64,000 bases of DNA, taken from assembly GCA_043228905.1 (NCBI GenBank), contig JBHGNT010000011.1:16616001-16680000 (forward strand), written 5' to 3'. Under the pieces are notes generated by a model. That model saw only the letters and a program-made list of their open reading frames with translations, searched no databases and was not told where the DNA came from. Made by a program: the position numbers and the translations under genes. Of the stretch, positions 40,346 through 52,668 are shown piece after piece (position 1 is the first letter of the stretch; every line of letters begins with the position of its first letter). This DNA comes from Azolla caroliniana (Eukaryota; Plantae; Polypodiophyta).

Positions 40346-41238
40346 ATCAATATGTATTTGATCATGTATATTTAGTTATATTGGATTGAGATAATGTTTG
40401 TCTCCATTTAGGTTACCTTGGTGGTGTTTTCTTCTCCCCATTTATTGCCCTCGTCATGTATGTGTAGAAGTCTTTAGCATGTTTCATGGGAAGAATTGTA
40501 TGTCCAAGACATAACAAACTTGCAAAGGCAAACCCAATTATGTAAGCATAGCACTTTAGTTGTATTGCATGCATATACACGAACAAAAACCAAGGAATAC
40601 ACAAGATTGACCATAAAAAAAACTCATTACTAAACTTAATCATACAAATGATCCTTACTTCAATGTTTAGTGCATTTCCACTGCAATCAATTCAATGCAG
40701 AGTTGTATAGCTTGCCCTATCAATCTAATTACCTCTTCATTACTATTTCATTAGAAAGAATCCTTCAACCATCAAATTTGTTAGTATGGGAATATATAAC
40801 TTTAAACGTAGAAATTACAAAACAATTTTCATTACTCTTTTATCGAACATTTGTAAGGAATATTTACAAACAAATAAACCAAGAGGTACTTGTTTATCCA
40901 TTAATAATTACATATAAAACATAGTTTTCAAACTGTTTTATTTTGACTTCATGCTCGTTTATTTACAATGAGCGCCTGGTGGTTACCACACAAGTTTGGT
41001 TTGTTTTAACACTACAATCTGTCGAAAAGTATTGTTTGCTCTCTCAGTAAGAGTTTGACAATTACGAGGAGCTTCTACTATGCTTTTTATCTTTAGAATG
41101 TGGGATAAACCTGAAACTTCCCGTAAAAAGACTTAACACACTCCATTGAGTTGGATGTCACAAAAATCCATTGCTTCTACCTGGTCAATGTACATTGTTT
41201 CCTTATATATGAACATAGAATTTGCTACATTACTCCAT

Positions 41239-44200
41239 CTAAGAGACTATGCGTTTATCTGTTGAAACATTTACATCATGAATGCGACCTCTAAGCTCTT
41301 TGAACATACGCATACTTTCTTCATCAAATCCTCCAACAAACTGTTGAAGAAAAACCCAAAATAGTGTGATCTATTGTTAGAGATACATATTTATAACTCT
41401 AAAACTTGAATGCATCTTGCAATTTTTCATAAGGTTTTATCATGAGTGAAGCCTTTCTTTTTTGTAATAAATCATTAGGGAAATTTACCAAAATACCCCA
41501 ATATTTTCAAAATTTTCGAAGTGCCCAATATTTTTCATGAAATTTCAAAGATCGCCTCACAATTACTGAGAAAGAAGGAACATCTTTGAGAACTTTGAAA
41601 ATATTGGAATTGAACACGAAATCACTTGGTAAATTTCTCTACATTATATTAACTTGACATGTACATGTACACAACTAATGAAAATCAAACATGAACCTGA
41701 TGAACTCGGAAAGCAAAACTCACGCCTTGGAGAACCAAATAATCTATATAAGGTTCTTTTTGCGTAGTTGAAAGAGATTCCAAGTAATCTAGTTCCATCA
41801 CAACCCGTCGCATGTATAGCCTTGCTAGTTGTAATGTTGCAAGCTTTACCTAATAGAAAGCCAACTAGCTCATGTCAAATGATTGAATATAGCTTAATGT
41901 AGAAGACTAGGAAGTTGAAACGAGATGAATTGGCCATATAATTGCTCAAATAGCACATATAATTGAGAAAAAAACGGGGTGAATTAACCATACAATTTTA
42001 TAGATAGCACCTATATGATTGCTCAAGAAGTGGTTGAAGAAGGGCATTTGTGGAAGTAGCTGAAACTTGGAGCATTTGGAAACAAACGACATTTTCAAGG
42101 CATTTGCAGACATTTAAAATTTTCGGGCAATTCAGATTCCCCCTTTGATCAATCGGAGCTATTGAATGCTTTAATACATTACAACTGGCCACACAAAGAT
42201 GCCACAACATTGTAATGATCTACTGGGGATTCACTTTTACAAAGGGTTAGTGATGCACAAACCAATTATGTGTTATGTACACCTTCTCTTGCTTCTGTTA
42301 TGCTCATGGTCTTCAGTAGTTACTAGAGTTCTTGGGAAATAGTAATTTGTTTGAGATGGTGGTTCTAATAGCGAAATAATATAGATGTAAATGTTCTATC
42401 ACATTCTGGGATACTATGTTGTTCCATTCATTCCACTTGCATGCACTATAAGCACACACATATAATCTTACCTTACCAACCAACTCCGGTTCCAGAATCC
42501 ACTTGGCTGGAATATTGGACTCCTCGTATTGAGCTACCACAGTGTTTTGAGTTCTTCGAAGCTCTTTTACACTCTGTTCCACCCTGATAAATATAGGCTC
42601 CAAGGAAATAAGCATAATGCGATACATTTTAATTCAGAGAAGTCTTTAAACAGAGAGAGAAAAACTTTACTTTTCCAGCAATGAAAGCATCCTCTTCAGA
42701 GATATTTCACAAGGCATTTCAGGATCGTCTTTAAAAGAAGTTATCTCCATATCAAGATCCTTCAATTCGTGATATTCATGCGTTTTAACGTCTTGATTCC
42801 CCTGAATACGCACATATTTAAGAACAAGGAATTCAGGTAGAAAATAGATGTATTGATGGAGGATGTAAGCATTAACCTTACAGCTTGTGAGAATGAAGAT
42901 TGGTTCTCAATTTCTCCAACTTCATCGTTGTCACCTACATCTGAAACAGTTACATCAGAATCTCTCGAAATAGTATCTTCCTTCGTTGCTCTTCTCATCA
43001 ATAAGTGGTATAATTCCACTACCTCTTGGAGTCTTTCAACCTTTCCTACTGCAACTGTTCCAGAATTAAGAATATCAAACTTATCTCTTGCTAATGAAAG
43101 TTCTTCCATTTTCAATTGTGAAACTACCTCTTCTTTTATACTCTCAATGATGCCCTGGTCTCCATTTGCTTTAGTATCCAACGCATTTGCAAGTATTTGG
43201 TCTTTGAATGGAATATATTTTGAAATAATATCAGGGGAAGCATCAACATTACTCAATGCATCGTTGTTAACAGTAAAGCTTCTGTTAGGATCCATGGAAC
43301 CACTGGTATCACGGTTTTCCAAGGATCTATTGGTATCAGTATTTGAATGTGGAGAAAAATCCGAATCATTTGAACCGTAGCTAGTAATGGCTGATGGATC
43401 ATTGCCATTCCTTACGATAAAAGTTTTCAATGGCCCCTTAGACAGAGTAAATCTATGTTGTAGAGTTGACATTGTAGATGGCATAATTGTTTCAGAGTCT
43501 AATGATGAGGATACAGGTACACGATGTGCATCCCTCTTTTTACTTCTTCCCCATCTCCAAAATTTACGGATCAGACCCGATGTTTTGGTGGTGGTTTTAT
43601 GTACACTAGAAGAGCAAGAATCAATCAATACAGAGCCATCCATGCAATGCTCAGACGGTGTCAAACATAATGAAGATATACCATCATAATTGTTCTCACT
43701 TTCGGTAGCTAAAAGCTCGGGACTGGTATTATGTCTCATCATAAACTGCTTTGCTTTTTCCATAGATATCGGGCTCAAGCTCTTGTTTAGATCTAGAGAT
43801 GTTGCTGTCCCGAGTGGAGGTTTATGATTTCTTAGTTCATATCTTAAACATGCATTTACCCACCTTAAATATACAAGCTTTTCAACCTCAGCAAATTGAT
43901 TCATTTGCAAGTATTCTACTTGTTTTCTTAGATCCTCATTTTCTAACCTTAAAGCCAAATTAACTCTGGTTTGCGTGTGTGTCATTTCATCATTCTGTCA
44001 TGAAATGATAATAGACATGGGTCATCTCCATGAAGAAAAAATAAGAGTTTTTTCCCAACAAGTAGCTAATTAGTCTTAGTAGGGATAAAGAATTTGTTTT
44101 TTTACCTCATATATGCTTGAGAACTCACGGATCTTTGATTCTGATGCATCAAGATGAATCATTAACTCTCGCTTCTGGTGCTGCAATTCCTTGCATCTTC

Positions 44201-45066
44201 TTCGTAATTCAAGCACTTCGATTTCTAAATCTTTCTGCATCAGCATTTTTCTCCCCATCTCATGGCAATCATCTGTCACTTGAAGTTGTGCCTTGCTTCG
44301 GCTTGTGTCGTCATGTATCAGCTTATGCAATTCCTCGATTTTCTTTCTTGCTAATTCGAGTTCTTCTTTCACATGTTTTAGCTCATCAGACTGCTTAATT
44401 ACCAACTCTTCCAGAGCAATAAACTTGGTGCTGATCTTCTCAATCTCTGCATTTTTCATATAGATCTTCTTTTCTAACTCCCTACATGCATCCTCCTGCT
44501 TCTCTAAGAGTTCTCTGTGTTCAGGGTTGGTACAATTATTATTGATTTGGATTTTATCAATGGATGATCTTGTGGCTTCAAGAATCTCCAATATCCCACC
44601 ATTCTTGGCATTCAGAAAGGATTTGCTCAGCTCGATATTACTCTCAGATTCACAATTTATCCTTGTTACTTCATCATTATCATGCACTATCTTGACAGAA
44701 GACTCCTCAGACTCTGGAGGTAAACCGAGCTCAGCTTGAAAGATGTCTTTGAACTCTGGGAGCAGGAGATCATTCTCCTGGAGACTTTTGCAGCTTGAAA
44801 CAGGGCTCAATGTGTTTATGTGCATCCCATCCTCCTAATTAGAACGAGGTTTATCTTTCTAAATATTTATATATCTATCTAATTACTACATAGTAGGTAA
44901 AAAAAATCATTTTGACCCCATATTGGATCACATTTGCCCTCCTAGGATGGAAAAAGCAAGTTTCAAGCCCCAAAAAACCTACAAGCAAGTCATGCATAGA
45001 ATGGATGCATGATGGCTCTCCATGTGGCTCTAGAAATGGAATGTGCGTGTATAATCGTCATGTAGG

Positions 45067-45143
<77 letters not shown>

Positions 45144-45362
45144 GTGAAAACACACAATTATATTAATAAATGTGTGTGAAAAACACTACTTACAATGGGT
45201 GTGACAATGGAGTATGGTCACCCACTAACTACATACACTACATGGGTAGTGGAACATGTTGAATTGCCAATATGCAAGACGAACACTCCACTGAGGAAAG
45301 AATTTCCACTTGCTCCAATAAAGAAAATTGCCACATTAGTACTCCCTTCAACTATTGTAGAT

Positions 45363-45408
<46 letters not shown>

Positions 45409-45501
45409 CTCCCAAACTATTGTAGAGAAAACATTTAAGATGTAATCTCTTATTCGGTCTTATAGGCCATTTTGGCCTCTTAAAAGACGTTAATATATCT
45501 T

Positions 45502-45553
<52 letters not shown>

Positions 45554-46208
45554 CTCCCAAACTACAAAACCTTATTTTCCTAAAGAAAAAACCCTTTTAC
45601 CCCTTCTGGAGTCCATAGCAACCTTGACCATCTTAACCTCCACAAAAATTTGAAATGGGTCTTTCATGTGATATATCAAGCTTCATGAGTATGCACAACT
45701 CATCAAAAGAAAAACCCTAGAATCTGAATCCCACACCCTCATTCTATACCTGCATTTGGGCCCATTCCACCAACTATTCATGGAATCACACTTCCTTGTG
45801 TCACAACACCACCATTTGTTTTTCCACATAGATGCTACTACTGATCTCCCATTTCCCTTTTTCTCATTTCTTTTCCGTTTTATTGTTTTCTTGGATATAT
45901 GGTAGGACATGTTTTTATTGATTATGAACAGACCTAAATTTGAGCCCCCCTCCCTTTCCATGTCACTATGTTGATAGATGACTGTGTACGGGTTGAAACC
46001 CTGTATGTCTTCGGATAAGGAAACTTAACCATGTCACTGATATGAACTTGGTCACTACTCAAAGGAACGATCAATCTATTATCTATCCATTACAGCTTCA
46101 ATTATACACAGAGTACCTCCTCCTCAGTGTCCAATTTTGCATGGACCTTCACACCGCATTCCTGAATCTCCTTCTTGGCTTCACTATCATCTCCTCCATG
46201 TGTAGACT
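41239..46208 (-). CDS. CHUP1: Divergent CHUP1-like protein (5' end uncertain)
   Basis: Exons 46208-46117 (uncertain), 44834-44106, 43994-42882, 42801-42671, 42583-42472, 41849-41697, 41340-41239. Motifs LLPEFKDI, NEDLRKQVEYLQMNQFAEVEKLVYLRWVNACLRYELRN, KVERLQEVVELYHLLMRR, GEIENQS, LQGVSFAFRVHQFVGGFDEESMRMFKELR. No internal stop in these exons. Confidence 0.85.
41478..41639. mobile_element. Mutator-like MITE in the last CHUP1-like intron
   Basis: TIRs gggaaatttaccaa and ttggtaaatttctc (13/14 match), plus an inner arm caatattttcaaa / tttgaaaatattg. TSD unclear. Confidence 0.65.
45070..45140. repeat. (CT)n microsatellite
   Basis: Read directly; further (CT)n runs at 45366-45405 and 45505-45550. 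Confidence 0.95.
45420..45550 (+). mobile_element. Very short 3'-end copy of the RTEX-like family inserted at a (CT)n run, with TSD
   Basis: ttaagatgtaatctct...tataggccattttggcctct.aaaagacgttaatatatctttctttc is nearly identical to 58065-58140. It is flanked by (CT)n+ccactcccaaacta at 45406-45419 and 45551-45564. Confidence 0.85.
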
Positions 46209-46963
46209 CTGCACTTAATATTAATCAAACACTCCCACATGTGAATCAAAAAAGCATTCAGCATTTTTAACAAAAGGTGATGGCATACACCAGAGGATTA
46301 AAAATTGAAAGACGCAGCAGCCCAAACACACAGACACATCCTACCTCTATGTCGCACATATTTGAAATAGATGACAGAGCATGCGATAGCAAGGCTGAAT
46401 CGGAAAAATAATAACATGTGAAAATTATTATGGATTGTATCAAAGCTATGTTTATGAATGATGGCATGTTAAGACCATCTTCTAATGAATCATTCTCGAG
46501 ATATTTGTTTTTAACTGGATGGGTAATCTTGATGTTTGATCTGTATGTAGAAAACAAATCATCAGAGTTTGATCTATATGCTACATAGATCAAACTCTGA
46601 TAGCATATATATAAATATACATATATATATATAGCATATAGATGCAGACAAGAAGAAAACAGGGGAGATTTTATTTGCATTTATGCCATGATGGACAAAA
46701 AGAATTATGAAGCTCCTTCAAAAGGGTACATATTAAAATTGACCTAATTGGGTTGAAGCTTGGGGCAAGCTATGCACATGCACAAAGAAATTCCGTGGCC
46801 CCGCCCCCCATCCATCATCATACAGCACATAAATAAATGCGCACGCATTGTTGACCCTGTTTAATTATTGCTACATAACTCCCGGGGGCGTTTCACACTC
46901 GGACACTCACATTCCACTCCTAACAAGGGGCCGAGGGATCGTTCGATTAGTTAACCCAACATG

Positions 46964-47234
46964 CACTATTTGCAGGGAATCCTTCGATTAGTTTAGTTTG
47001 ACATACTATACCGCTACCCCCCCCCCCCCCCCCCCCCCGCTTGTGTGGATCGCAAACGAATTCTCCTCATGCTAACGTTGGGTCGATGATGGTTTTGTGG
47101 ACCTTTTCTTCACTATTTGCAGGGATCATTCAATTAGTTTATCGTACATACTATACTGCTACCCATGTGGATTCGTAAACCAATTCTCCTCATGCTAACA
47201 TTGGGTTGATTATTGTTTCGTGGACCTTTTTCTT
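46964..47234. repeat. About 125-145-bp tandem duplication; the first copy has an expanded poly-C
   Basis: cactatttgcaggga...acatactatac.gctaccc...aattctcctcatgctaac.ttgggt...gtggaccttttctt occurs twice. Confidence 0.9.
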
Positions 47235-48602
47235 CTTCTGGGTATTCAATGTCACCAAACAATACCTACACTAGAACTTGTGAAAATCGGCATTATAGTG
47301 CGAATTTTTACCAACTATAACTTATGGAAAGCTAGCTTCGAAATTTTTACCACTGCTTCAAAATATATCCACGAGAAGTAAAAAGTTTCTATTGTGAAAT
47401 TTGTGTACTTAAAGAAACATATCATGTTCTAATGTACCCATCTCATCACTAACTTTGCTTCATTGGTTTGGGGAGAAAAAACAACAATTGCAAGCCATGC
47501 CTTTTGTGTTCATCTAACCCACAACCTCAAATGATGTTTACTTCTTTCCTAACTCTCGCCCTACTCTTAAAATAATCATTCAAATGGAAGGAGTCTTCGT
47601 TTGTTATGAGAGTTGCGTTCAAGCATAAATGATTAGCTTTATGTGAAAATTTAAAATTGATTAAAACGTTGCCTCACACATCGCTTCCTCTATTAATAAT
47701 CTTGGTAAGTTTATTCCACTAACATTCTAAACATTCAAACTTTTTCAAAGTACAAAAGAATTAATAAAAAATCTACATTCTTAGGTGGGAAGTATGACAT
47801 TATACTTATCATAATGTTACTGAATCTTATCCACGTAGACGCAATGTTATCATTTTCAACTCATAGGTTGTAGAAAGAGAATTCTATTTTCTAGGGACAA
47901 ACTACTCTCTTCGATTATACGAAGCTAAAAAGGTGAATAAGAAAACAGTTGACCCTTGGGTTGTGGAATGCACATTCGTAAAGTCGTGTTTTTAGGAGCA
48001 ATCATTTAGTCTACATACTCTAAAACCGGATAATTGTTTTGCAACAATAACTTGTTGCTTGAGTTTTTTGTATGCAATATCTCGCAAATAGAAATGATTG
48101 TATGTTTCTCTTATGGACTCCTCACAAGCATGTGTGCTTCTTGGTATAGTTCATTCTCTATGCCAAAGGTTGCAAAGACGCCATCAGTTCATTGTGCACG
48201 AGGGTAGGTACATGACACACCCAAAACTATTGGGATACTAGAAGTTGTTAATCATACAAACAGGGAGGAGGTAGGAAGGAGTAAGGGTGGCATCTAGCCC
48301 AATAGGTTCTTGTTCCCTCAATCATCTCCTTCATCATACTCTTAGTTGGGACACATGAAACATCAATAGGGACGAACTACTAAATCGTGGAACCACCTCC
48401 ATGAACTCATCCAACATCTTAGACAATCTAAGACAAGAATATATACAATCTCTTACATGGTCAAGGAATGGGATGACTGCCGCAAGCAATTGCGTGCAGT
48501 GCCCTGGATCAAAAAGTTTGGAGAGTGAGGCGTGGTGGGAAGTGAGAAGATGGCTATTGGCTAATCAATGTAATGGATCTCGTCAAGACTATATGCCATG
48601 GA

Positions 48603-49195
48603 TAGCAATGGGCCCGGTTCGGTTTCTTTGCCTTGAAACCGAACCGAACCATTTACATAAAACCAAACCAAACCAAACCGTTAATGAATCTCAAGACATT
48701 TAAACCAAACCAAACCATTTATGAACTCTCGAGCAATTTTAACCAAACCATTTAAGAAAAATAAACCAAACCATTTAAATCAAAATCGTTTAGATAAAAA
48801 TTGAACCCAAACCAAACCATCTAATAAAAATTTTAAACCTAACTATTTAACTCAAATTAATTAAAAAACTAAATAAACAAAAATACATGAAATCAAATAA
48901 GCATTTAAGTTTAATTAATTACATCAATAAAAAATACATTAATTAAACATTAAATTAAATGAATATTCAAGTTAACCTAAGTCAAATCAATAAAAAAACA
49001 TTAAGGGGAAAAAAGCTAATTAAAAACCACTAAACCTTTAAACCAAACCACTTTAACCCATAAATGGATAAACCCGAGTTTTCTAAACGGAACCATTTAT
49101 TAATAATCCAAACCAAACTATTTTATTATTTTGGAACCGATAAACCATAGCTTAACAGTTCGGTTTAGGTTGAGCCAAAACTTGGCCCATAGCTA
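48603..49195. mobile_element. hAT-type non-autonomous element (MITE)
   Basis: TIRs tagcaatgggcc and ggcccatagcta (11/12); 8-bp TSD gccatgga / gctatgga (7/8); subterminal AAACC(G/A) motif arrays around an AT-rich core. Confidence 0.88.
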
Positions 49196-49199
49196 GCTA

Positions 49200-49387
49200 T
49201 GGACATGAATTGACAAGCTCAAGCCTAAACCGAACCATTTAACCATTTAAAACTCATTTGGCAGTTTGGCGGTTCGGTTCAATTCGGTTTAGGCTTGAGC
49301 TAGGTTTAGGATGGCTCAAGCCAAACCGGTTACGACTTAATCGGCTTGACTAAACCGATTTGGCCAAACCGGTTCGGTTCAAGTCTA
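49200..49387. mobile_element. Second hAT-like MITE remnant with a perfect 19-bp inverted repeat
   Basis: agctcaagcctaaaccgaa and ttcggtttaggcttgagct, many AACCG/CGGTT motifs, ending ggttcaagtcta. Confidence 0.55.
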
Positions 49388-49493
49388 GAAACTCTTTTTT
49401 TTGTGTGTGTGTGTTGAAGGGGCTAAAACCTCTGGGAATAAAGAGATATGTACATACTCACATATATATGTATGTATAATAATTGTGCATTTT

Positions 49494-49524
<31 letters not shown>

Positions 49525-49988
49525 TCAAAGGTTGGCAAATATCTGTTTTGAACCAGATAATCAAAACCCCTCCTTCGTCTTCACTCAGCAGTCGCTGTTC
49601 CTCGTCGCCATAGCTCCTTTCTACTTCTTCTTCTTCAAGTCGCTCGACAGCGTGGCCTTTCGTTTTCACTGCTCTCTCCACCTTCTTTCTTTTGAGTCTC
49701 CGCTCGCTCTTCCAATGTCCTAGCTCTTCCGCAAGCAACAGGTAAGAAAATAAAGCTTTCGTTAACTTCGGATTTCGCGATGTTTCTCAACAGAAAACGA
49801 AACATGTTTGCTCACGCTTTCAAGATTGCGTCCCTCTTTCTCTCTTGGGGCACCAGAAGCTCACCCGTGCCTACATATAGAAAGTAATCCTTCGTTCTCT
49901 AAAATGTTGGTGGAAGTTTCGAACAAGGTGTCAAATTTTCTGAAGGTTGGTGTGTGTGTGTTTGTGGGGAGGGGGGGACGGACGGGTA

Positions 49989-50720
49989 AAAATGGAACAG
50001 AAATGTGTAACTTTTCCAAAAAATTGCTGTAAAATTTTTAATTCAGTGCATGAAATGCCCGTTGAAGATTTCAGTCACTAAGAAATGTCTGTAGAGTTAT
50101 TGATAACTTGCTTTGTTGAAATATTTTCAAAAAGAGCATAATGTGACAGACATGTATAAATACTCTACCAAATTCCTGTAAAATTTGTGGTAGTCATTCA
50201 CGAAAAGCAAGATTACATTATGCTTGCATGAAATATTTGAATCGAGAACAAAATCATACAGAAAGTCTAAATTCTGTACTGAATTCCTGTAAATTTGTTG
50301 AATTTGTAATGTATAAATATGGAGCCATCTTTTATTAGAGCTCCTGTTGGATTTTTGTAAGCTTGCCTGCTAGAAATATTTGTTATGGGAACAAAATCAG
50401 ACAGAAATGTGTACATTTTCTAGAAATTTCCTATAAAACTATGGTATTTTCTTGTAACCATGTTAGATCCTTTGATCATTAAAAATGAACGACTTTTTGA
50501 GCTTGACAAAGTTAGTCTTAAACTTGTAATATTACTACTAAATTCTGCGAAATTTGTAGTATCTTCTTGTGATTTACTATTATTCCATGCATTAAGAGGA
50601 AGCTTTATTCTCTAACCCCCTGGTGAAATCTTTGGACTTGCCCGTTCAAACATTTAAAGAGATGAAAATCAGACAGAAATATGTTCATTTTCTAGTCAAT
50701 TCCTAGGAATTTATGATTTT
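49989..50720. repeat. Degenerate tandem array (about 110-150-bp period, 5-6 units) in the inferred 5' UTR intron of RNase J
   Basis: Recurring aaaatcagacagaaatgtgta...aattcctgtaaaattt-like motif near 49989, 50139, 50248, 50390 and 50664. Confidence 0.65.
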
Positions 50721-51149
50721 TTCTCACCATTTCCTATTGTTTCATGCATAAAAGGAAACTTGGCTGATTAGTCTACAATTTTACTGAATAGTAGTTCATA
50801 TAATGTGCATTATAAAGGATTATGCCTCAGATAAGATAATGGAAAACTCATCATTTCTGAACCTTTGAAACCTTTTGTGATGTCGTGAAATGGATTTCAT
50901 TTTCTTATGCATCTTCTTATTGCCTGCTGCAAAGTCCAAACTTAAACCTTTGTGCATATATAAACCTGTAATGTGGAATTTATCGGTTTTTGCAGAATAT
51001 GCTTCTCATGTGGACGAATATCTTGTTAGTTTTAGTAATTCAACTAGGTTCATCGTAATTAGGTTGTTCCATCACTTTATTTTCAATTGATGAAGAGATT
51101 TGAAAGGCCTGGAGAATTCTTATGTTCTCCTTGATTGTGCTCATTTCTT

Positions 51150-52212
51150 ATGGAATGGAATGGATCTATTCAAATGCTCACCTAGGTACACAAATAGCAG
51201 ACTATAAGTCTATCTTCTCACAAATGTCTGCAGATGGTTTTGTTATTCGACTCTAGTATATGGACAAATATGTTGCATGCTCTTTCTACAAAGGTAGGGC
51301 AGGTTGGGACATCATCTCATCAACTTAGGATAGACACCGGACGAAACACATATACAGCTTTACAGGATTGCATCACCCTGCTCTGAAATCAAGAGGTTGA
51401 ATCTGAGGAGCATTATGTATGTCACCAACCGGTCTATTGTGAGATTGAAAGAAGATATCATTGTCTCTTTAAAGAAGTATTTGGAAGTCTCCTTAGAGTG
51501 ACAGAGCACAGAAAACAAAGATGCTTACTGCTCTTGCTTCTAGGGATGAGGAGACATAGATAACGCCCCTTGAAGGAGGTGTTGACACTCACTTGATCCA
51601 TCTAGACAGAGAACTTTGAGAGATTTGCTCCATGTGTATACTACCTGGGACACTCCTCATGATGTACAACTAAAACATCTTGGCCAGGCAGACCCATTGA
51701 ACTTGTCGTGGATGTCACCAACTGGAACCACGACCCTTGTGGGTATCTTAATCCATGAAAGCTAGATCCATTGATCTTTGTCCTGGACGTCACCAATGCC
51801 AACTGGGTCCACAAACCCTGTGCATATTTTCTTTAAAGCAAAGCCATCATCACACAGAATCAGTCAGATACACCCTCCTCGTCACACCCACCTTTCCATA
51901 TTTGAAGGGCAGCAATTTCAGTTCCAGTTACTTTGTGTAATATCAAAGTCATCATAACGTACCATGCCTCACCGGCATGTCCATATTGGATTACTACATG
52001 ATGGATATTTTCAGAGGATCACAATTTCAGTTCCAATGATCCTGCACAAAACCTGATTGTTGGTTATTCATGATTACATTTCAAGCTGTTTAGTTTTAGG
52101 ATGCTAGAGTGGAAATGCCTTTTTCTATTGTTAATTGCATTTGTGAGTTAACATAAACAATTTGTTTTTTGAACTTTTCGAGATGTTAATATATGTTTTT
52201 CTTTCTTTCTTT
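51150..52212 (+). mobile_element. Old 5'-truncated RTEX-like LINE copy
   Basis: Translates as VGQVGTSSHQLRIDTGR...EVESEEHYVCHQPVYCEIERRYHCLFKE...QRCL, matching the ORF2 C-terminus. It ends agatgttaatatatgtttttctttctttctt. Confidence 0.78.
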
Positions 52213-52668
52213 GGAGATTTGTGTTGAGGTTGTTCAAGCTCTTTATTTTTAAGATAAAGTGATTTGAAAAGCATGAAGAATCATTATGTTCTTTGTGACC
52301 TCATTCATTTGGCATAATACCTGTGATTTTTGGATCACATATGCTGAATATGCATTAAGTTTCAGAATGGTTTTGCACCACAATTATCACTCAAAGGGAT
52401 GACAAGTCTGATTCTATTCTAGATTTCAACTTATATTGAATCGTGGAAGGAAAACAACTAAGTTTTCTCATAGTTCATATTCCAAATTTGCCATTGTGAT
52501 GTGATTTGTTCAATCGTGTATCAGCATTACTTGATGTGAATTTTTTTATCACATTGTGTCATTTAATGCAATTATTAGGCTCTGATCCAATATTGTCATT
52601 TTGCAGGAACCATCATTAAGGATCAAAATATCTGGCTCCTGCATCTAGAACGTGGTTAAGAGATTTAT

